DNA of 32,000 nucleotides from Ruminococcus albus 7 = DSM 20455 (lineage in GTDB: Bacteria; Bacillota; Clostridia; Oscillospirales; Ruminococcaceae), in the NCBI RefSeq assembly GCF_000179635.2, contig NC_014833.1, forward strand, positions 2,850,001 through 2,882,000, given 5' to 3'. The notes beneath the pieces were generated by a model that saw nothing but the letters and a program-made list of their open reading frames with translations, did no database searches and had not been told where the DNA came from. A program made the translations under genes and the position numbers. Below, in pieces: positions 1 through 7,969 of this stretch (position 1 is its first letter; every line of letters starts with the position of its first letter).

Positions 1-704
1 ATATAATGTATGGTCCTGTTGAATTCGCTGATATTACCGAAATCTATTTTCAGCGATGTGCTAAGCTGTGCATTTCCATTGAAATCTTCATAAACGATCA
101 TTATACTGTAACTTGGTTCTGCACCCGGATAAACAACTGTTGATTTACAAAGGAGCATATGGTTCATGCCGGCTACCAGCTGACTTCCGAGATAAGCTAT
201 CGGACGGACATCTACACCTACACGACCGTCCATCGCCTTATTGAAAGCCGCAAGAACATCTTCATGGGCTGAAAGCGAAGTATCGCCGTCATTGACAGAG
301 TAGCCGCCGGTTGCACCTTCACTTGGGCTGTTCAATACCGTTGTTCTGCCGATGAATTCCGCATCGCCCTTGAGATCCTCATAGATGTATACAAGCTGAT
401 AAGAGGGCTTTGCCTTCGGTGCGACAGGCTTGACTTTGCATAACATACAGTAATTTGTTCCCGCAACGCACTGCCTTGCAAGTACTGCAACAGGGGTGTA
501 AGCAACTCCGTCGAGATATTTTAGCGCATTATCCAGTGCGGCAACAGCATCGGGATTGCTTTCAGGTGAAGTATCTCCCCTTACGACCTCCCAGCCGCCT
601 GCGACCTGCTCCGAAGCTTCGTGATATCCGTAACTTTCTCCTTTATCCTCTGCATTTGCTGCCAAAGCAGGCAGACAGCCTGCCATGCACATAACAGCGG
701 TCAT
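1..704 (-). CDS. Secreted protein / possible lipoprotein with tandem cystatin-like repeats (partial; 3' end runs off the left edge)
   Basis: The minus frame is open from ATG 704..702 to the window edge; it is absent from the ORF track because there is no stop in the window. My translation: MTAVMCMAGCLPALAANAEDKG... The N-terminus is hydrophobic and signal-like (AGC lipobox-like, ALA/ANA cleavage-like). Two ~90-aa repeats align well, each with GG[WY], a helix-like segment, Q-x-V-A-G (QCVAG nt 473..459, QLVAG nt 182..168), LCK, PSY and YED. The start codon is uncertain (see findings). Confidence 0.6.
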   Translation of the reverse strand, partial: MTAVMCMAGCLPALAANAEDKGESYGYHEASEQVAGGWEVVRGDTSPESNPDAVAALDNALKYLDGVAYTPVAVLARQCVAGTNYCMLCKVKPVAPKAKPSYQLVYIYEDLKGDAEFIGRTTVLNSPSEGATGGYSVNDGDTSLSAHEDVLAAFNKAMDGRVGVDVRPIAYLGSQLVAGMNHMLLCKSTVVYPGAEPSYSIMIVYEDFNGNAQLSTSLKIDFGNISEFNRTIHY

Positions 705-1052
705 ACCCGCTAGTGTACGCTTAATAACGTTGTGTTTCTTTTCCACTCTGATTACCTCCGTTTTCAATTGATCTTTTTACTACACCATAATACTGTCAGT
801 TTGTTCATCTGACACTGATCATTATATTACAATTTTTCAAACTACGCAAGCAGTTCGGCAGATTTTTTGATTATATCGGTAATAATTTGTGGAAAATAAA
901 CATTCAGTATAGAATAAGTTAGGAAAAGGTGACGAGTGTACACAGCAGCGAAAAGCCTTATATTTCCAGCATTTTTGATAACAGCAGACTTGCCGTCATG
1001 AAATATAATATATGAGTACACGTCCATTGTATCCTTGGTGTCTTTCAGTTAC

Positions 1053-1829
1053 CTATACATTATTTTTACGGTATTTTGACGGTGATACGCAGGCATATTT
1101 CTGGAATACTTTTGAGAAATAAGAATAGTCTGGATATCCGCATTTTTCAGATACCTCGATAACAGAAAGGTCAGTAGTGGTAAGCAGCTGTTTTGCATAT
1201 TCCATACGGCTGGTGAGTATATCCTTGGTACAGGGGATGCCGTAGCGCTGCTTGTAAAGACGCTGAAAATGAGATACGGACAAATTCAGCTTCTGTGCTG
1301 CCTGTGGTATGTTCCAATCTGCAGAAGGATCATCATATATCGCCTTGCGGATATTCTCCAGTTCGCTTTCGTACTGGGTATGACTGCACTTGTCATCAGG
1401 ATTTGAACTGCTCTTTATCTGCATGAATATAGCTTTCATAAGATACCTTAGGGTAGCATCCTTTTCGGTATCATCAGATCCAAACACATCAACACATATC
1501 CTGATAAGCTCGGAAACAACATCGCTGTTCAGATGTATTGGAGAATTTCGCACTATACCAAGGGAATCTATAAATTCGGAATCATCATCCTCAAGGTCGA
1601 ACCTTATCCAGTCATCAACATACTCCTCCCCTTCACCGTACAGTGCATGGGGATAGCAGCTTTCAACTACAAAAATAGTATTATTATCCACATTGTAGAT
1701 ATTGCTGCCCATACCTATGCGCGCCTTTGAACGCAAAAGAAGTATCTGCATACCGTGTATGCCGTTGGGTCTGTCCTTATAGAAGTCAGCAGGATGCTTG
1801 CTATGCCAGCCTAACATATATGCTTTCAT
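1053..1829 (-). CDS. AraC/XylS-family transcriptional regulator
   Basis: 258-aa ORF. The C-terminus has a double HTH typical of AraC (AAQKLNLSVSHFQRLYKQRYG...IEVSEKCGYPDYSYFSKVFQKYACVSPSKYR) and the N-terminus a cupin-like sensor region. SD AAGGTGGG lies 6 nt before the ATG. It is divergent from the PL11 gene. Confidence 0.9.
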   Translation of the reverse strand: MKAYMLGWHSKHPADFYKDRPNGIHGMQILLLRSKARIGMGSNIYNVDNNTIFVVESCYPHALYGEGEEYVDDWIRFDLEDDDSEFIDSLGIVRNSPIHLNSDVVSELIRICVDVFGSDDTEKDATLRYLMKAIFMQIKSSSNPDDKCSHTQYESELENIRKAIYDDPSADWNIPQAAQKLNLSVSHFQRLYKQRYGIPCTKDILTSRMEYAKQLLTTTDLSVIEVSEKCGYPDYSYFSKVFQKYACVSPSKYRKNNV

Positions 1830-1946
1830 AATGTACCCACCTTTTAGATATCATAGTGTTATTCTTTAATAACTTATATTTTTTGAACTTCTTCCCTATA
1901 GGGTATATCAATCGTCAACATTATTATATAATATCCTCCCCTGCAA

Positions 1947-1975
1947 TGTCATTAACTTTTTGCAACAAAATGACA
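1947..1975 (+). promoter_or_regulatory. Candidate operator: inverted repeat TGTCAT-N17-ATGACA upstream of the PL11 promoter
   Basis: TGTCAT at 1947..1952 and ATGACA at 1970..1975, 21 nt upstream of the -35. The same half-sites, spacing and distance recur at 5404..5432 upstream of the CE12 gene. Assignment to the adjacent AraC regulator is inference. Confidence 0.4.
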
Positions 1976-1996
1976 AATTTTTGATAGATTTCTACA

Positions 1997-2025
1997 TTGA
2001 AAAGAAAGTGTACAAATGGTAAAAT
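1997..2025 (+). promoter_or_regulatory. Sigma-A type promoter of the PL11 gene
   Basis: TTGAAA (1997..2002), a 17-nt spacer ending in TGg, then TAAAAT (2020..2025), giving an extended -10. It is conserved in the CE12 upstream copy. Confidence 0.55.
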
Positions 2026-2085
2026 GATATTACAAACTCACGACAACCCAAAACAGGTTAGTTTATCAGAATGGAGGACTTTCAA

Positions 2086-5000
2086 ATGAGTGGTATGACC
2101 AAAAAAATTGCCTCACTTGCAGCGTCGGTATTGCTTGCAGCAACATCGACAGTAGGTGCAGTGAGCAGCATCACAGCCAACGCTGCTTACGGTGTGGGCG
2201 GCAACGGAACTGCGATCATGGAATACCTTGACAGAGGTATTTATGCCGTTAAAAGCGGTAACGGTATGTTCGTAAGCTGGCGTTACAATGCTAACGATGC
2301 AGACAATGCCGAGTTCAGACTTTACCGCGACAACAAGCTGATCTACACAAGTAAATCAGGCGATGCAACTTCCTATCAGGACAACGGCGGCAGCACAAAT
2401 TCAAAGTACCGCGTTGACTGCGTATCAGGCGGAAAGGTAATAGATTCGCAGAACTGCAAATTCACATCCGGCAACAATTATTTCGACATCAAGCTTAACA
2501 GACCCGGAAGCCAGTATTCACCCAATGACTGTGTTGTAGGCGACGTTAACGGCGACGGACAGTACGAGATATTCCTGAAATGGGATCCCTCTAACCAGAA
2601 GGATAACTCTCAGGAGGGAAAGACTGACAATGTCTATATCGACTGCTATACACTGGAGGGAAAACAGCTCTGGCGTGTAGATCTGGGCAAGAATATCCGA
2701 GCAGGTCAGCATTACACCCAGATGTGTGTGGCTGACTTTGACTGTGACGGCAAGGCTGAACTCATAACAAAGACCGCTGACGGCACCAAGGACGGCAAGG
2801 GCAAGGTCATCGGCGATGGCAGCAAGGACTACCGCAACGGCAAGGGTTATATACTGGACGGTCCTGAATATATGACACTGTTTGACGGTCAGACAGGTGC
2901 AGCACTTGATACCATCGACTTCCCTGTTCCACGCGGCAAGGTTTCAGACTGGGGCGATAACTACGGAAACCGTGTAGACAGAATGAACAGCGGTATCGCT
3001 TATCTTGACGGCGTACACCCAAGTGCTATCTACGGCAGAGGCTACTACACAAGACTTACCTGGTCTGCAGTTGATGTAAGTAACAAGAAGCTGAAAGTCA
3101 GGTGGAAGTACGATTCGACCTTCAACAAATCCACTAAGGGCTGGGGCTGCGGCAACCACAATGTTATGGTAGCTGACTGCGATAACGACGGCAAACAGGA
3201 GATATTCACAGGTGCTAACTGCATTGATGACAACGGCAAGCTGCTGTGGTCAACAGGCGACCTTCACGGTGATGCTATGCACGTAGGCGACCTTATCCCC
3301 GACAGAGCCGGTCTTGAAGTATGGGAATGCCACGAGGATAAACCATACGGTGAAACTTGCTATGATGCAAAGACCGGTCAGAAGATATTCCACATAAACA
3401 ACAGCAAAGATACAGGACGCTGTGTAGCCGACAATGTATGGGCAGGCAGCAAGGGCGCAGAATTCTGGGGCGCTGCAGACGGTAATGTATACAATACTAC
3501 CGGCAAGAAGATAGGCGGAACAAAGCCTGCTCAGAACTTCCTGATCTACTGGGACGGCGACCTTGAGCGTGAGATCCTCGACGGCAACAAGATATCCAAG
3601 ATGACTGGTGCCGACAAGATCGACCGCATATTCACAGCTAACGGCTGCGGTTCAAATAACAGTTCCAAGAACAATCCCTGTATGACAGTTGACCTTTTCG
3701 GTGACTGGCGTGAGGAGCTGATACTCAGAACTGACGACAACACCAAGCTGCGTGTATGGTGCACAACCAATACCACCAAGGTACGTCTTACCACACTTAT
3801 GCATGATATGCAGTACAGGGCACAGAACTGCTGCCAGCAGAGTGCATACAATCAGCCTCCCCATGTAAGCTATTATCTGGGAAGCGATGCACCTATCCCC
3901 GCAAGACCCAAGATAAAGCTGAATAATAGTTATAATCCAGGTCCTAATCCAAACCCAGATCCTGATCCCGATCCTACACCAGATCCCGTAATACCCGAAA
4001 CTGACATCATCGACGGACAGGTATACACCTTCAAGAATGTGAACAGCGGACTTTACCTCTCAGTTGAAGGTGCAGCTGCAGCAAACGGCGCTAATGTCGA
4101 GCAGGGTAACGCTAACGGCAAGCAGGTACAGTTCAAGGCAGTTTCTGCTGGTGACGGATACTTCTATCTGGTATCACAGCTGGGTGACGGCAAGACCTAC
4201 GCAATTGATGTAAGCGGCAGACACACAGAAGATGAAACAAACATCGAGATATACGAATTCAACAAGGGCGACAATCAGAAGTTCAGGATAGACAAGAATT
4301 CTGACGGTACATACAGCATCCTCACCAAGATAACAAACGGCAATTCTGCACTTGACGTAAACGGCAAATCTACCAATGCAGGCGCAAACGTACAGCAGTA
4401 CACCTACAAGGGCAGCACAAACCAGAAATGGTATGCAGAGGCAGTTAAGCAGAACAACAACGATAATCCTCAGAACCCTCCCGTTGTTCAGACATCGGAT
4501 ATCACTGACGGACAGATCTACACTATCAAGAACCTCAACAGCGGACTTTACCTCTCTGTTAAGGGTTCAAATGCCGGAAACGGTGTAAATGTTGAACAGG
4601 CAGCTGCAAACGGTGCACAGAACAAGTTCAAGGCAGTTGCAGCAGGTGACGGATATTTCTATCTGGTATCTCAGCTGGGTGACGGCAATTCCTATGCACT
4701 TGATGTAAACGGCAGAAAGACAGAGGACGGAACTAATATCGAGATCTACACCTTCAACAAGGGTGAGAATCAGAAGTTCAAGTTCGTAAAGAATTCTGAC
4801 GGAACATACAGCATTCTTACAAAGATCACTGACGGAAAGTCTGCACTTGATGTAAACGGACAGTCCCGCGATGCAGGTGCAAATATACAGCAGTACACCT
4901 ACAACGGCGGCAATAATCAGAAGTGGTATGTTGAAACTTCTTCTACATCAGGCAATATCACTACAGGCAGCTATCCTGTGGTAACAAGCATCGAATACAA

Positions 5001-5238
5001 CGCACTTTATCATCAGTTCAAGATGAACTGGACATCCGTAAAGAACGCTGAAAAGTACGGTATCGCTGTATACCTCGCAGGCAAGTGGAGAGTTCAGACT
5101 TACACCAATGATACTACATTCACATCACCCAAGCTGAAGGCTGGCGACAGATACAGAGTACTCGTTGCTGCAAGAGTTGGCGGTCAGTGGGATCTCTCTG
5201 ATCTCAAAGAAAGATCTGTCATTATAAGTATCAAGTAA
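2086..5238 (+). CDS. Secreted rhamnogalacturonan lyase, polysaccharide lyase family 11 (YesW/YesX-like) with C-terminal CBM13-CBM13-Fn3-like modules
   Basis: Propeller-type motifs VGDVNGDGQYEI, VADFDCDGKAELI and VADCDNDGKQEIF are present. The block DLFGDWREELILRTDDNTKLRVW..TLMHDMQYR...YNQPPHVSYYLG matches my memory of B. subtilis YesW. Next come a Pro/Asp/Asn linker, two ricin-type beta-trefoil units (QxF/QxF/QxW; nt 4003..4440 and 4498..4935) and an Fn3-like module (4966..5235). I prefer ATG 2086 (GGAGG 8 nt upstream, homologous to the CE12 start) over the track start at 2071. Signal peptide MSGMTKKIASLAASVLLAATSTVGAVSSITANA. Confidence 0.9.
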   Translation: MSGMTKKIASLAASVLLAATSTVGAVSSITANAAYGVGGNGTAIMEYLDRGIYAVKSGNGMFVSWRYNANDADNAEFRLYRDNKLIYTSKSGDATSYQDNGGSTNSKYRVDCVSGGKVIDSQNCKFTSGNNYFDIKLNRPGSQYSPNDCVVGDVNGDGQYEIFLKWDPSNQKDNSQEGKTDNVYIDCYTLEGKQLWRVDLGKNIRAGQHYTQMCVADFDCDGKAELITKTADGTKDGKGKVIGDGSKDYRNGKGYILDGPEYMTLFDGQTGAALDTIDFPVPRGKVSDWGDNYGNRVDRMNSGIAYLDGVHPSAIYGRGYYTRLTWSAVDVSNKKLKVRWKYDSTFNKSTKGWGCGNHNVMVADCDNDGKQEIFTGANCIDDNGKLLWSTGDLHGDAMHVGDLIPDRAGLEVWECHEDKPYGETCYDAKTGQKIFHINNSKDTGRCVADNVWAGSKGAEFWGAADGNVYNTTGKKIGGTKPAQNFLIYWDGDLEREILDGNKISKMTGADKIDRIFTANGCGSNNSSKNNPCMTVDLFGDWREELILRTDDNTKLRVWCTTNTTKVRLTTLMHDMQYRAQNCCQQSAYNQPPHVSYYLGSDAPIPARPKIKLNNSYNPGPNPNPDPDPDPTPDPVIPETDIIDGQVYTFKNVNSGLYLSVEGAAAANGANVEQGNANGKQVQFKAVSAGDGYFYLVSQLGDGKTYAIDVSGRHTEDETNIEIYEFNKGDNQKFRIDKNSDGTYSILTKITNGNSALDVNGKSTNAGANVQQYTYKGSTNQKWYAEAVKQNNNDNPQNPPVVQTSDITDGQIYTIKNLNSGLYLSVKGSNAGNGVNVEQAAANGAQNKFKAVAAGDGYFYLVSQLGDGNSYALDVNGRKTEDGTNIEIYTFNKGENQKFKFVKNSDGTYSILTKITDGKSALDVNGQSRDAGANIQQYTYNGGNNQKWYVETSSTSGNITTGSYPVVTSIEYNALYHQFKMNWTSVKNAEKYGIAVYLAGKWRVQTYTNDTTFTSPKLKAGDRYRVLVAARVGGQWDLSDLKERSVIISIK

Positions 5239-5353
5239 TGATTCCTTCAACTGATCATTCTATTATTCATACAATCAACCTTCCTTAAATTATACACTAC
5301 ACCGAGAACATCCCATGTGGCAATACCACACGGGATGTTCTTGCTTATATATA
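4003..5353 (+). repeat. Copy 1 of a 1.35-kb near-identical direct repeat (CBM13-CBM13-Fn3-like coding cassette, stop codon, 3'UTR and terminator)
   Basis: I aligned it by eye against 6725..8084 and counted 8 substitutions plus one 9-bp indel. Identity begins at GACATCATCGACGG and ends after GCTTATATATA. Confidence 0.95.
5304..5353 (+). terminator. Rho-independent terminator of the PL11 gene
   Basis: Hairpin GAGAACATCCCATGTGG / CCACACGGGATGTTCTT (one mismatch, loop CAATA) followed by a T/A-rich tail. It lies inside repeat copy 1. Confidence 0.7.
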
Positions 5354-5403
5354 ACTTCCGGTATACAGGGTGTATCATTTGTCAGCATTATCCTGCAACA
5401 CTA

Positions 5404-5432
5404 TGTCATCAGCAATTTGCAACAAAATGACA
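5404..5432 (+). promoter_or_regulatory. Candidate operator: inverted repeat TGTCAT-N17-ATGACA upstream of the CE12 promoter
   Basis: TGTCAT at 5404..5409 and ATGACA at 5427..5432, 21 nt upstream of the -35. It is the paralogue of 1947..1975. Confidence 0.4.
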
Positions 5433-5453
5433 TATTTATGATAGGTTTCTACA

Positions 5454-5482
5454 TTGAAAAAAAAGTCCACAAATGGTAAAAT
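5454..5482 (+). promoter_or_regulatory. Sigma-A type promoter of the CE12 gene
   Basis: TTGAAA (5454..5459), a 17-nt spacer ending in TGg, then TAAAAT (5477..5482). It is the paralogue of 1997..2025. Confidence 0.55.
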
Positions 5483-5542
5483 AATATTACAAACTCAGAA
5501 CATCCGAAAATTGTTTGGATCATCAGAACGGAGGAGTATCAA

Positions 5543-7969
5543 ATGAGCAGTATAAACAAGAAAATTGCAGCGTTTGCCGCATCAATGGTGTTAGCTGCAA
5601 CTTCCGGTGCAGGCGTAATAAGCAGCATAAATACTAGTGCTGCCGGAAACGGACAGGCTGTAACAAATGTAAGCAAAAAATTTGACCTTGGTGCAAATGC
5701 TACCGGCGGCTTTACCACTGTCAAGGCAGCTGACAAGTATTCTGCAAACAAGGGCTACGGTTTTTCAGGCAACAATGTCAAAGACGTTGCAGCCTCAGGC
5801 AGAAACGAACTCAGCGACGCTGTACAATTCACAGGCAATACTACTTTCAATGCTGATGTTCCCAACGGTCTTTACAAGGTCAAGGTGACCCTGGGCAACA
5901 CCTCACGAACCAGCGTGTATATGGAAAATATGCTCCAGATCGTCAATATGACAGGCAACAACGCAGTTGATGAGATAATACTCCCTGTTACTGACGGTCA
6001 GCTGAATATACGTGCAGCCGCAGGCAAGGACGGCACTCCTTATTCCATAAGTGCTATCGAGATAAACAGGATATCCGACAAAGCTGTAATGCCCAAGACA
6101 GTATGGCTCTGCGGCGATTCAACAGTATGCAACTACTATCCTCTTACATCAAGCAACCAGGCAGGCTGGGGACAGATGCTCGGCAAATATCTGGGTAATG
6201 ATGTATACATAAGAAATATGGCAGCAAGCGGTGAATACGCTAAGGGCTTTGTTGACCACGGCAATTTCAACTGTATTGAAAAATACGGCAAGAGCGGTGA
6301 TACATTTATCATCTCTATCGGTATAAATGACGGTAAGTACTACAAAGGTGCTGAGTACAAGAAAGTAGTTACCGATATGGTAAAGAGAGCAAAGGCTAAG
6401 GGCATGGATGTCATCCTTGTGAAGCAGCAGGGACGCAAGGGCGATTATACACTCAAGCCACTGCTGAAGAGCAGATACTTCGCTGCTGAGCTGGATCAGA
6501 TAGCATCCGAACAGGGCTGCAAGATCATCGACCTGTTCACTCTCTGGCAGAACTACTGCGTATCTGTAGGCGCTTCAAAGGCTGATTCAATGTACATCGA
6601 CAACGTTCACCCCAACCGTACTGGTGCTGACAAGCTGGCTGAGCTGGTCGCATCCAAGATGGATAAGACAAATTCTTCTCCATCTAATCCTTCTACTCCG
6701 TCTGATCCGCCTACCTATACAACAGACATCATCGACGGACAGGTATACACCTTCAAGAATGTGAACAGCGGACTTTACCTCTCAGTTGAAGGTGCAGCTG
6801 CAGCAAACGGCGCTAATGTCGAGCAGGGTAACGCTAACGGCAAGCAGGTACAGTTCAAGGCAGTTTCTGCTGGTGACGGATACTTCTATCTGGTATCACA
6901 GCTGGGTGACGGCAAGACCTACGCAATTGATGTAAGCGGCAGACACACAGAAGATGAAACAAACATCGAGATATACGAATTCAACAAGGGCGAGAACCAG
7001 AAGTTCAGGATAGACAAGAATTCTGACGGTACATACAGCATCCTCACCAAGATAACAAACGGCAATTCTGCACTTGACGTAAACGGCAAATCTACCAATG
7101 CAGGCGCAAACGTACAGCAGTACACCTACAAGGGCAGCACAAACCAGAAATGGTATGCCGAGGCAGTTAAGCAGAACAACAACGATAATCCTCAGAACCC
7201 TCAGAACCCTCCCGTTGTTCAGACATCGGATATCACTGACGGACAGATCTACACTATCAAGAACCTCAACAGCGGACTTTACCTCTCTGTTAAGGGTTCA
7301 AATGCCGGAAACGGTGTAAATGTTGAACAGGCAGCTGCAAACGGTGCACAGAACAAGTTCAAGGCAGTTGCAGCAGGTGACGGATATTTCTATCTGGTAT
7401 CTCAGCTGGGTGACGGCAATTCCTATGCACTTGATGTAAACGGCAGAAAGACAGAGGACGGAACTAATATCGAGATCTACACCTTCAACAAGGGTGAGAA
7501 TCAGAAGTTCAAGTTCGTAAAGAATTCTGACGGAACATACAGCATACTTACAAAGATCACTGACGGAAAGTCTGCACTTGATGTAAACGGACAGTCCCGC
7601 GATGCAGGTGCAAATATACAGCAGTACACCTACAACGGCGGCAATAATCAGAAGTGGTATGTTGAAACTTCTTCTACATCAGGCAATATCACTACAGGCA
7701 GCTATCCTGTGGTAACAAGCATCGAATACAACGCACTTTATCATCAGTTCAAGATGAACTGGACATCCGTAAAGAACGCTGAAAAGTACGGTATCGCTGT
7801 ATACCTCGCAGGCAAGTGGAGAGTTCAGACTTATACCAATGATACTACATTCACATCACCCAAACTGAAGGCTGGCGACAGATACAGAGTACTCGTTGCT
7901 GCAAGAGTTGGCGGTCAGTGGGATCTCTCTGATCTTAAAGAAAGATCTGTCATTATAAGTATCAGGTAA
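5543..7969 (+). CDS. Secreted rhamnogalacturonan acetylesterase (SGNH/GDSL hydrolase, CE12-like) with an N-terminal beta-sandwich CBM-like domain and C-terminal CBM13-CBM13-Fn3-like modules
   Basis: SGNH blocks are present: LCGDSTV (block I, from about nt 6095), NMAASGE (II), SIGINDG (III) and DNVHPN (V). AGWGQMLGKYL is typical of RGAE-type CE12 enzymes. The signal peptide MSSINKKIAAFAASMVLAATSGAGVISSINTSA is paralogous to the PL11 one. C-terminal modules: CBM13 at 6725..7162 and 7229..7666, Fn3-like at 7697..7966. GGAGG lies 8 nt before the ATG. Confidence 0.85.
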   Translation: MSSINKKIAAFAASMVLAATSGAGVISSINTSAAGNGQAVTNVSKKFDLGANATGGFTTVKAADKYSANKGYGFSGNNVKDVAASGRNELSDAVQFTGNTTFNADVPNGLYKVKVTLGNTSRTSVYMENMLQIVNMTGNNAVDEIILPVTDGQLNIRAAAGKDGTPYSISAIEINRISDKAVMPKTVWLCGDSTVCNYYPLTSSNQAGWGQMLGKYLGNDVYIRNMAASGEYAKGFVDHGNFNCIEKYGKSGDTFIISIGINDGKYYKGAEYKKVVTDMVKRAKAKGMDVILVKQQGRKGDYTLKPLLKSRYFAAELDQIASEQGCKIIDLFTLWQNYCVSVGASKADSMYIDNVHPNRTGADKLAELVASKMDKTNSSPSNPSTPSDPPTYTTDIIDGQVYTFKNVNSGLYLSVEGAAAANGANVEQGNANGKQVQFKAVSAGDGYFYLVSQLGDGKTYAIDVSGRHTEDETNIEIYEFNKGENQKFRIDKNSDGTYSILTKITNGNSALDVNGKSTNAGANVQQYTYKGSTNQKWYAEAVKQNNNDNPQNPQNPPVVQTSDITDGQIYTIKNLNSGLYLSVKGSNAGNGVNVEQAAANGAQNKFKAVAAGDGYFYLVSQLGDGNSYALDVNGRKTEDGTNIEIYTFNKGENQKFKFVKNSDGTYSILTKITDGKSALDVNGQSRDAGANIQQYTYNGGNNQKWYVETSSTSGNITTGSYPVVTSIEYNALYHQFKMNWTSVKNAEKYGIAVYLAGKWRVQTYTNDTTFTSPKLKAGDRYRVLVAARVGGQWDLSDLKERSVIISIR

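Noticed and set aside
455-694. 79-aa plus-strand ORF
   Set aside because: It is antisense to the cystatin-like gene, which has clear repeat structure and a signal peptide. It has no SD.
842-1027. 61-aa minus-strand ORF between the AraC gene and the cystatin-like gene
   Set aside because: It has only a weak AAGGA 4 nt from the ATG and no recognisable motif. The promoter-like elements of the downstream gene (TTGCGT-N17-TATAAT around 805..850 on the minus strand) overlap its 3' end. It could be real, but I cannot support it.
2071-2085. Track start codon ATG 2071 for the PL11 gene
   Set aside because: This ATG overlaps the SD itself (aATGGAGGa). Alignment with the paralogous CE12 leader puts the start at ATG 2086.
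4376-4588. Out-of-frame plus-strand ORFs and antisense ORFs inside the PL11 and CE12 genes (for example plus-strand 4376..4588 duplicated at 7098..7319; minus-strand 2518..3864 and 6919..7125)
   Set aside because: They are embedded in strongly supported CDSs. The duplicated plus-strand pair merely reflects the 1.35-kb repeat.
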